Under the pieces are notes generated by a model. The model did not search any database, was not told the DNA's origin, and was given only the letters and a program-made list of their open reading frames with translations. A DNA stretch of 64,000 nt from the human T2T-CHM13v2.0 reference genome, Homo sapiens. Both the position numbers and the translations under genes were made by a program. Below are positions 54,102-64,000 of the stretch, piece by piece (position 1 is the first letter of the stretch; each line of letters begins with the position of its first letter). The stretch is from contig CP086569.2 in NCBI GenBank assembly GCA_009914755.4, positions 51,040,001-51,104,000 of the forward strand. The letters run 5' to 3'.

Positions 54102-57100
54102 GTTGAGATAGAATGGAATGGACTCCTTTGGAATGGTGTAGTATGCAATGCAATCGACTGGCAGGGAATCAAAAGGAATGTAATGGAATGGACTGGACTG
54201 GAATGCAATGGACTCGAATAGATTGCAAACGGAATGCAAAGGAATGGAATGGAATAGTATGGAATGGAATGGAAAGGAATGGAGTGGAATAGACTAGAGT
54301 GGAATGGAATGGACTGGAAAGCAATGGACTGGAATGGAACTTTCTTGAATGGACTAGAATCAAACGGAATGGAATGCAATGCAATCAAATGGCATGGAAT
54401 AAAATAGAATGAAAGAGAATCAAATGGAATTGAATCGAATGGAATCGAATGGATTGGAAAGGAATAGAATGGAATGGAATGGAATTGACTCAAATGGAAT
54501 GGACTAGAATGGAATGGATTCGAATGGAAGGCAAAGGAATGGAATCTATTGGAATGGACTGTAATGGAATGGAATGGAAGGGATTGGAATGGACTCGAAT
54601 GGAATGGACTGCAATAGAAAGGATTCGAATGGAATGAAAAAGAATTGAATGGAATAGAACAGAATGGAATCAAATCGAATGAAATGGAATGGAATAGAAA
54701 GGAATGGAATGAAATGGAATGGAAAGGATTCGAATGGAATGCAATCGAATGGAATGGAATCGAACGGAATGGAATAAAATGGAAGAAAACTGGCAAGAAA
54801 TGGAATCGAAATGAATGGAGTGTTATGGAACGGACTCAAAAGGAATTGAATGTAATAGAATGGAGTGGAGTGGACTCGAATATAATGGACTGGAATGGAA
54901 TGAAATCACATGGAATGGGAACGAATGGAATGGAATGGAAAGGAATGGAATCGAATGGAAAGGAATCGAATGGAAGGGAATGAAATTGAATCAACAGGAA
55001 TGGAAGGGAATAGAATAGACGGTAATGGAATGGACTCGAATAGAATGGACACGAATGCTCAAATTGAATGGACTCGAATGGAATGGAAACGAAAGGAACG
55101 TCATCGAATGGAATTGAATCGATTGGAATGAAATCGCATAGAATGGAGTGGAATCAAATGGAATTGAATCGAAAGGAAAGGAAGCGAATGGACTGAAATG
55201 AAATGGAATGGAATTGAATGGAAAGTAATGCAATGGAATAGAATGGAACGAAATTTCACGGAATGGAATCAAACTGAAAGGAATCAAATCAATGGAATCC
55301 AATCAAATGGAATGGAAAGGAATTGAATGGAGTAGATTGGATTGGATGGGATTGCAATGAAATGTACTGGAAAGGACTCGAATTTCATGAAACGGAATGG
55401 AATGAATTGGAACGGAATGGACTCGAATGCAATGGAATGTCATGGAATGGCATCAAATGGAATGGCATCAAATGGAATGGAATTGAATGCAATGGAATGC
55501 TATGGAATGGAATGGAATGCATTGGAATGGAATGTCCTCTAATGGAATGGATTCGAGTGGAATGGAATCGAATATAATGGAGTCGAATGAAATGGAATTG
55601 AAAGGAATGGGATCGAATACAATGGAATATACTGGAATGTAATGTAATGAACTCGAATGTAATTGACTGGAATGGAATGTACATGAATGGAATGTAATCG
55701 AATGGAAAGTAATCCAATGGAATAGAATCTAATGCAATAAAATCGACTCAGATAGAGTAGAATGTAATAGAATGGAGTGCAGTGCAATGGAATGGAATGG
55801 AATGGAATGCAATGGAATGGAATGGAATGGAATGGAATGGAATGGAATGGGATGGGATGGAATGGTATGGAATGGATAGTAATGGACTGGAGTGAAATGG
55901 ACTGGAAAGGAATGGACTCAAATTGAAAGGGCTCGAAAGGAATGGAGTCAAATGGAATGGTCTGGAATGGAATGAACACGAATGTAATGCAATCCAATAG
56001 AATGGAATCGAATGGCATGGAATATAAAGAAATGGAATCGGAGAGAATGGAAACAAATGGAATGGAATTGAATGGAATGGAATTGAATGGAATGGGAACG
56101 AATGGAGTGAAATTGTATGCAGTAGAAGGGAATAGAATGGAATGCAAGCGAAAGGAAAGGAATGGATTGGAATGGAATGGAATTCATTGGAATGGAAGGG
56201 AATGTAGTGTAATGGACAGGCCTGGAATAAAGTGGAATGCTACGGTCTCGAATGGAATAAAAATGTATGGAATGGAATGCAATGAAATGGAATCGAATGT
56301 CATAGAATGTAATGGAATGCAACAAAATGGAATCCAAAATCATTGACTGGAAAGGCTGGGTGTCGAAAGGAATTGACTCCAATGGAATGGAATCGAATGG
56401 AATGGAAGTGAATAGAATCGAACTAAATCGAATGGAATGGAATTGATAGGAACGGAATGGAAAGGAATGCAATGATTTGGCATGGAATGGAATCGAATGG
56501 CATCGAATGGAATGGAATGGAATGCAATGGAATGGAATGTATTAGAATGTAATGAACTTTAATGGAATGTACTCGAATGGATTCGACTGGAATGGAATGT
56601 TGTGGAAGTGAATGGACTCCAATGGAATGGATTCAAAAGGAATGGAATTGTACGGAATGGAATCTAATGGAATGGAATTAAATGGAAATGAATCAAATTG
56701 AATAGCACGGAATTGAATTGAATGGAATGGAATGCAATGGAATCTAATGAAACGGAAAGGAAAGGAATGGAATGGAATGGAATGGGCTGGAATGGAAAGG
56801 AATCGAAACGAATGGAATGGAATCGAACTGAAGAGACTGGAATGGACTGCACTGGAATGGAAGGGAGTGTAATGGAAGGTTCTCGAAAAAAATGGAATCG
56901 AATGGAATGGAATTGAATGGAACGGAATAGAGTCGAATGGAATTGAATGGAATGGAATGGACTAGAGTGAAATGGAATCGAACCACAAGGAATGGACATG
57001 AATAGAATGGTCTCGAATTGAATGGAATCGTATGGAATGGCATCAAACGGAATGGAATGGACAGCCACGGAATGGAATGCACTCGAATGCAATGGAGTCG

Positions 57101-57665
57101 AAACTAATGGACTGGAATAGAATGGACTCGACTGGTACGGACTCCAATGGAATGGAATGGAATGGAAGGGAATCGAACGGAATGGACTCGAAGGGAAAAG
57201 ACTGCAATGGAAAGGTCTCGAATGGAATGGAAATAAATGGAATGGAATGGAATCGAATGAAATGGAGTCAAAAGGAATGGAATCGAATGGCAAGAAATCG
57301 AATGTAATGGAATCGCAAGGAATTGATGTGAACGGAACGGAATGGAATGGAATCCAAAGGAATGGAATAGAATGGAATGGAATCGAATGGAAAGGACTCG
57401 AATGGAAATCACTCGAATAGAATGCAATTTAATAAAATAGGACCAAATGTAATGGAATGGAGTGGAAAGGAATCGAAACGAAAGGAATGGAGACAGATGG
57501 AATGGAATGGAACAGAGAGCAATGGTATAGAATGGAATGGAATCATCTGGAATGGAATTGAATGGAATGGAATAATATGAAATGGAATGGAATGGAATGG
57601 AATGGAATGCCCTTGAATTAAATGGACTGGAATGGAATGGACTCGAACAGAGTGGAATGGAAAGT
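54102..57665 (+). repeat. HSat3/DYZ1-type HOR unit 15 (3564 bp)
   Basis: Anchors at 54102 and 57666. The length equals the canonical DYZ1 3564-bp unit. Confidence 0.85.
54337..54349. promoter_or_regulatory. HSE consensus match GAActTTCttGAA
   Basis: Unit offset +235. Verified. Confidence 0.3.
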
Positions 57666-60600
57666 GTTGAGATAGAATGGAATGGACTCGTTTGGAATGG
57701 TCTAGTATGCAATGCAATCGACTGGCAGGGTATCAAAAGGAATGTAATGGAATGGATTGGACTGGAATGCAATGGACTCGAATAGATTGCAAACGGAATG
57801 CAAAGGAATGGAATGGAATAGTATGGAATGGAATGGAAAGGAATGGAGTGGAATAGACTAGAGTGGAATGGAATGGACTGGAAAGAAATGGACTGGAATG
57901 GAACTTTCTTGGATGGACTGGAATCAAACGGAATGGAATGCAATGCAATCAAATGGCATGGAATAAAATAGAATGAAAGAGAATCAAATGGAATTGAATC
58001 GAATGGAATCGAATGGATTGGAAAGGAATAGAATGGAATGGAATGGAATTGACTCAAATGGAATGGACCAGAATGGAATGGATTCGAATGGAAGGCAAAG
58101 GAATGGAATCTATTGGAATGGACTGTAATGGAATGGAATGGAAGGGATTGGAATGGACTCGAATGGAATGGACTGCAATAGAAAGGATTCGAATGGAATG
58201 AAAAAGAATTGAATGGAATAGAACAGAATGGAATCAAATCGAATGAAATGGAATGGAATAGAAAGGAATGGAATGAAATGGAATGGAAAGGATTCGAATG
58301 GAATGCAATCGAATGGAATGGAATCGAACGGAATGGAATAAAATGGAAGAAAACTGGCAAGAAATGGAATCGAAATGAATGGAGTGTTATAGAACGGACT
58401 CAAAAGGAATTGAATGTAATAGAATGGAGTGGAGTGGACTCGAATATAATGGACTGGAATGGAATGAAATCACATGGAATGGGAACGAATGGAATGGAAT
58501 GGAAAGGAATGGAATTGAATGGAAAGGAATCGAATGGAAGGGAATGAAATTGAATCAACAGGAATGGAAGGGAATAGAATAGACGGTAATGGAATGGACT
58601 CGAATTGAATGGACACGAATGCTCAAATTGAATGGACTCGAATGGAATGGAAACGAAAGGAATGTCATCGAATGGAATTGAATCGATTGGAATGAAATCG
58701 CATAGAATGGAGTGGAATCAAATGGAATTGAATCGAAAGGAAAGGAAGCGAATGGACTGAAATGAAATGGAATGGAATTGAATGGAAAGTAATGCAATGG
58801 AATAGAATGGAACGAAATTTCACGGAATGGAATCAAACTGAATGGAATCAAATCAATGGAATCTAATCAAATGGAATGGAAAGGAATTGAATGGAGTAGA
58901 TTGGATTGGATGGGATTGGAATGAAATGTACTGGAAAGGACTCGAATTTCATGAAACGGAATGGAATGAATTGGAACGGAATGGACTCGAATGGAATGGA
59001 ATGTCATGGAATGGCATCAAATGGAATGGCATCAAATGGAATGGAATCGAATGCAATGTAATGCTATGGAATGAAATGGAATGCATTGGAATGGAATGTC
59101 CTCTAATGGAATGGATTCGAGTGGAATGGAATCGAATATAATGGAGTCGAATGAAATGGAATTGAAAGGAATGGGATCGAATACAATGGAATATACTGGA
59201 ATGTAATGTAATGAACTCGAATGTAATTGACTGGAATGGAATGTACATGAATGGAATGTAATCGAATGGAAAGTAATCCAATGGAATAGAATCTAATGCA
59301 ATAAAATCGACTCAAATAGAGTAGAATGTAATGGAATGGAGTGCAGTGCAATGGAATGGAATGGAATGGAATGCAATGGAATGGAATGGAATGGAATGGA
59401 ATGGAATTTAATGGAATGGGATGGAATGGTATTGAATGGATAGTAATGGACTGGAGTGAAATGGACTGGAAAGGAATGGACTCAAATTGAAAGGGCTCGA
59501 AAGGAATGGAGTCAAATGGAATGGTCTGGAATGGAATGAACACGAATGTAATGCAATCCAATAGAATGGTATCGAATGGCATGGAATATAAAGAAATGGA
59601 ATCGAAGAGAATGGAAACAAATGGAATGGAATTGAATGGAATGGAATTGAATGGAATGGGAACGAATGGAGTGAAATTGTATGCAGTAGAAGGTAATAGA
59701 ATGGAATGCAAGCGAAAGGAAAGGAATGGATTGGAATGGAATGGAATTCATTGGAATGGAAGGGAATGTAGTGTAATGGACAGGTCTGGAATAAAGTGGA
59801 ATGCTACGGTCTCAATGGAATAAAAATGTATGGAATGGAATGCAATGAAACGGAATCGAATGTCATAGAATGTAATGGAATGCAAAAAAATGGAATCCAA
59901 AATCATTGACTGGAAAGGCTGGGTGTCGAAAGGAATTGACTCCAATGGAATGGAATCGAATGGAATGGAAGTGAATAGAATCGAACTAAATCGAATGGAA
60001 TGGAATTGATAGGAACGGAATGGAAAGGAATGCAATGATTTGGCATGGAATGGAATCGAATGGCATCGAATGGAATGGAATGGAATGCAATGGAATGGAA
60101 TGTATTAGAATGTAATGAACTTTAATGGAATGTACTCGAATGGATTCGACTGGAATGGAATGTTCTGGAAGTGAATGGACTCCAATGGAATGGATTCCAA
60201 AGGAATGGAATCGTACGGAATGGAATCTAATGGAATGGAATTAAATGGAAATGAATCAAATTGAATAGCACGGAATTGAATTGAATGGAATGGAATGCAA
60301 TGGAATCTAATGAAACGGAAAGGAAAGGAATGGAATGGAATGGAATGGGCTGGAATGGAAAGGAATCGAAACGAATGGAATGGAATCGAACTGAAGAGAC
60401 TGGAATGGAATGCACTGGAATGGAAGGGAGTGTAATGGAAGGTTCTCGAAAAAAATCGAATCGAATGGAATGGAATTGAATGGAACGGAATAGAGTCGAA
60501 TGGAATTGAATGGAATGGAATGGACTAGAGTGAAATGGAATCGAACCACAAGGAATGGAGAGGAATAGAATGGTCTCGAATTGAATGGAATCATATGGAA

Positions 60601-61228
60601 TGGCATCAAACGGAATGGAATGGACAGCCACGGAATGGAATGCACTCGAATGCAATGGAGTCGAAACTAATGGACTGGAATAGAATGGACTCGACTGGTA
60701 CGGACTCCAATGGAATGGAATCGAATGGAAGGGAATCGAACGGAATGGACTCGAAGGGAAAAGACTGCAATGGGAAGGTCTCGAATGGAATGGAAATTAA
60801 TGGAATGGAATGGAATCGAATGAAATGGAGTCAAAAGGAATGGAATCGAATGGCAAGAAATCGAATGTAATGGAATCGCAAGGAATTGATGTGAACGGAA
60901 CGGAATGGAATGGAATCCAAAGGAATGGAATAGAATGGAATGGAATCGAATGGAAAGGACTCGAATGGAAATCACTCGAATAGAATGCAATTTAATAAAA
61001 TAGGATCAAATGTAATGGAATGGAATGGAAAGGAATCGAAACGAAAGGAATGGAGACAGATGGAATGGAATGGAACAGAGAGCAATGGTATAGAATGGAA
61101 TGGAATCATCTGGAATGGAATTGAATGGAATGGAATAATATGAAATGGAATGGAATGGAATGGAATGGAATGCCCTTGAATTAAATGGACTGGAATGGAA
61201 TGGACTCGAACAGAGTGGAATGGAAAGT
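57666..61228 (+). repeat. HSat3/DYZ1-type HOR unit 16 (3563 bp; 'P' subtype)
   Basis: Anchors at 57666 and 61229. Same subtype markers as unit 11. Confidence 0.85.
57901..57913. promoter_or_regulatory. Degenerate HSE match GAActTTCttGGA
   Basis: gaactttcttggatgg. This is the 'P' subtype variant. Confidence 0.25.
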
Positions 61229-64000
61229 GTTGAGATAGAATGGAATGGACTCCTTTGGAATGGTGTAGTATGCAATGCAATCGACTGGCAGGGAATCAAA
61301 AGGAATGTAATGGAATGGACTGGACTGGAATGCAATGGACTCGAATAGATTGGAAACGGAATGCAAAGGAATGGAATGGAATAGTATGGAATGGAATGGA
61401 AAGGAATGGAGTGGAATAGACTAGAGTGGAATGGAATGGACTGGAAAGCAATGGACTGGAATGGAACTTTCTTGAATGGACTAGAATCAAACGGAATGGA
61501 ATGCAATGCAATCAAATGGCATGGAATAAAATAGAATGAAAGAGAATCAAATGGAATTGAATCGAATGGAATCGAATGGATTGGAAAGGAATAGAATGGA
61601 ATGGAATGGAATTGACTCAAATGGAATGGACTAGAATGGAATGGATTCGAATGGAAGGCAAAGGAATGGAATCTATTGGAATGGACTGTAATGGAATGGA
61701 ATGGAAGGGATTGGAATGGACTCGAATGGAATGGACTGCAATAGAAAGGATTCGAATGGAATGAAAAAGAATTGAATGGAATAGAACAGAATGGAATCAA
61801 ATCGAATGAAATGGAATGGAATAGAAAGGAATGGAATGAAATGGAATGGAAAGGATTCGAATGGAATGCAATCGAATGGAATGGAATCGAACGGAATGGA
61901 ATAAAATGGAAGAAAACTGGCAAGAAATGGAATCGAAATGAATGGAGTGTTATGGAACGGACTCAAAAGGAATTGAATGTAATAGAATGGAGTGGAGTGG
62001 ACTCGAATATAATGGACTGGAATGGAATGAAATCACATGGAATGGGAACGAATGGAATGGAATGGAAAGGAATGGAATCGAATGGAAAGGAATCGAATGG
62101 AAGGGAATGAAATTGAATCAACAGGAATGGAAGGGAATAGAATAGACGGTAATGGAATGGACTCGAATAGAATGGACACGAATGCTCAAATTGAATGGAC
62201 TCGAATGGAATGGAAACGAAAGGAACGTCATCGAATGGAATTGAATCGATTGGAATGAAATCGCATAGAATGGAGTGGAATCAAATGGAATTGAATCGAA
62301 AGGAAAGGAAGCGAATGGACTGAAATGAAATGGAATGGAATTGAATGGAAAGTAATGCAATGGAATAGAATGGAACGAAATTTCACGGAATGGAATCAAA
62401 CTGAATGGAATCAAATCAATGGAATCCAATCAAATGGAATGGAAAGGAATTGAATGGAGTAGATTGGATTGGATGGGATTGGAATGAAATGTACTGGAAA
62501 GGACTCGAATTTCATGAAACGGAATGGAATGAATTGGAACGGAATGGACTCGAATGCAATGGAATGTCATGGAATGGCATCAAATGGAATGGCATCAAAT
62601 GGAATGGAATCGAATGCAATGGAATGCTATGGAATGGAATGGAATGCATTGGAATGGAATGTCCTCTAATGGAATGGATTCGAGTGGAATGGAATCGAAT
62701 ATAATGGAGTCGAATGAAATGGAATTGAAAGGAATGGGATCGAATACAATGGAATATACTGGAATGTAATGTAATGAACTCGAATGTAATTGACTGGAAT
62801 GGAATGTACATGAATGGAATGTAATCGAATGGAAAGTAATCCAATGGAATAGAATCTAATGCAATAAAATCGACTCAGATAGAGTAGAATGTAATGGAAT
62901 GGAGTGCAGTGCAATGGAATGGAATGGAATGGAATGCAATGGAATGGAATGGAATGGAATGGAATGGAATGGAATGGAATGGGATGGGATGGAATGGTAT
63001 GGAATGGATAGTAATGGACTGGAGTGAAATGGACTGGAAAGGAATGGACTCAAATTGAAAGGGCTCGAAAGGAATGGAGTCAAATGGAATGGTCTGGAAT
63101 GGAATGAACACGAATGTAATGCAATCCAATAGAATGGAATCGAATGGCATGGAATATAAAGAAATGGAATCGGAGAGAATGGAAACAAATGGAATGGAAT
63201 TGAATGGAATGGAATTGAATGGAATGGGAACGAATGGAGTGAAATTGTATGCAGTAGAAGGGAATAGAATGGAATGCAAGCGAAAGGAAAGGAATGGATT
63301 GGAATGGAATGGAATTCATTGGAATGGAAGGGAATGTAGTGTAATGGACAGGCCTGGAATAAAGTGGAATGCTACGGTCTCGAATGGAATAAAAATGTAT
63401 GGAATGGAATGCAATGAAATGGAATCGAATGTCATAGAATGTAATGGAATGCAACAAAATGGAATCCAAAATCATTGACTGGAAAGGCTGGGTGTCGAAA
63501 GGAATTGACTCCAATGGAATGGAATCGAATGGAATGGAAGTGAATAGAATCGAACTAAATCGAATGGAATGGAATTGATAGGAACGGAATGGAAAGGAAT
63601 GCAATGATTTGGCATGGAATGGAATCGAATGGCATCGAATGGAATGGAATGGAATGCAATGGAATGGAATGTATTAGAATGTAATGAACTTTAATGGAAT
63701 GTACTCGAATGGATTCGACTGGAATGGAATGTTGTGGAAGTGAATGGACTCCAATGGAATGGATTCAAAAGGAATGGAATTGTACGGAATGGAATCTAAT
63801 GGAATGGAATTAAATGGAAATGAATCAAATTGAATAGCACGGAATTGAATTGAATGGAATGGAATGCAATGGAATCTAATGAAACGGAAAGGAAAGGAAT
63901 GGAATGGAATGGAATGGGCTGGAATGGAAAGGAATCGAAACGAATGGAATGGAATCGAACTGAAGAGACTGGAATGGACTGCACTGGAATGGAAGGGAGT
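61229..64000 (+). repeat. HSat3/DYZ1-type HOR unit 17 (partial, 2772 bp; truncated by the window end)
   Basis: Anchor at 61229. Content is colinear with units 8 and 15. Confidence 0.8.
61464..61476. promoter_or_regulatory. HSE consensus match GAActTTCttGAA
   Basis: Unit offset +235. Verified. Confidence 0.3.

Larger units (their letters stand above)
1..64000 (+). repeat. DYZ1: Human satellite III (GGAAT)n array organised as a ~3.56-kb higher-order repeat; consistent with the DYZ1 block of Yq12 (assignment is from period and motif, not from alignment)
   Basis: The + strand is almost entirely GGAAT/GGAAT-like pentamers (aatggaatgg, tcgaatgg, gcaatgg, ggactgg). The anchor motif gttgagatagaatggaatggactc recurs 17 times with spacing of ~3559 bp. 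C is rare on + (strong purine bias). No unique sequence anywhere in the window. Confidence 0.9.

Noticed and set aside
35561-61228. A regular ~22.1-kb super-repeat (higher-order HOR of HORs)
   Set aside because: Only one pair of matching segments (35.6-39.1 kb and 57.7-61.2 kb) is visible. The third P-subtype unit (unit 2 at 3.5 kb) is 32 kb away, not a multiple of 22.1 kb. I kept this as a finding about a displaced similar segment but rejected the claim of periodicity.
1-64000. CRISPR array or other prokaryotic repeat-spacer system suggested by the highly regular repeats
   Set aside because: There is no repeat/unique-spacer alternation. The periodicity is 5 bp nested in a 3.56-kb HOR. The composition and organisation are those of eukaryotic pericentromeric/heterochromatic satellite. 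No cas-like or any other coding sequence is adjacent.
1-64000. Interspersed mobile elements (Alu, L1, SVA) or a DYZ2/HSat1 unit, which in Yq12 alternates with DYZ1
   Set aside because: No Alu-like GC-rich 300-bp element and no poly(A) tail with target-site duplication is seen. No AT-rich 2.4-kb unit is present. The longest non-pentameric stretches are ~30-60 bp (for example ccaaaatcattgactggaaaggctgggtgtcgaaagg), and they recur in every unit as part of the HOR.
1-64000. Telomeric (TTAGGG)n, alpha-satellite (171 bp), HSat2, rRNA or tRNA content
   Set aside because: None of these motifs or periods are present. HSat2 was considered because of frequent atcgaatgg/ttcgaatgg variants. The dominant GGAAT pentamer and the 3.56-kb HOR fit HSat3/DYZ1 better. 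Final subfamily naming should come from RepeatMasker or reference alignment.

Overview
The whole 64-kb window is tandem satellite DNA: human satellite III (HSat3), a (GGAAT)n pentamer array with the purine-rich strand on + throughout. I find no unique sequence, gene, RNA gene, transposon, CRISPR array or defense system, and the ORF track is an artefact of the repeat. The pentamers form a ~3.56-kb higher-order repeat (HOR). One anchor motif recurs 17 times, giving 16 complete units plus one partial unit. Unit lengths in order are 3533, 3559, 3570, 3559, 3559, 3559, 3534, 3559, 3574, 3554, 3563, 5715, 5715, 3548, 3564 and 3563 bp, then a 2772-bp partial. A 3.56-kb GGAAT-based HOR is the known signature of DYZ1, the HSat3 block of human Yq12 heterochromatin (published unit 3564 bp); I have not checked this by alignment. 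Three features stand out. First, two adjacent 5,715-bp variant units (39124-50553) each carry the same 2,152-bp internal tandem duplication, with the crossover inside an 'ATG' flanked by a near-identical 20-nt tract on both sides. This looks like a new, longer HOR starting to amplify. Second, a canonical three-part heat-shock element GAActTTCttGAA occurs exactly once per unit at a fixed offset. It is perfect in 14 units and reads GAActTTCttGGA in the same three subtype units. Third, the array is a mosaic of unit subtypes. Units 4-6 (unit 4 slightly divergent, 5-6 tightest) and units 12-13 are near-identical blocks of recent local amplification. Unit-length differences are in multiples of 5 bp where located, concentrated at a pure (GGAAT)n tract.
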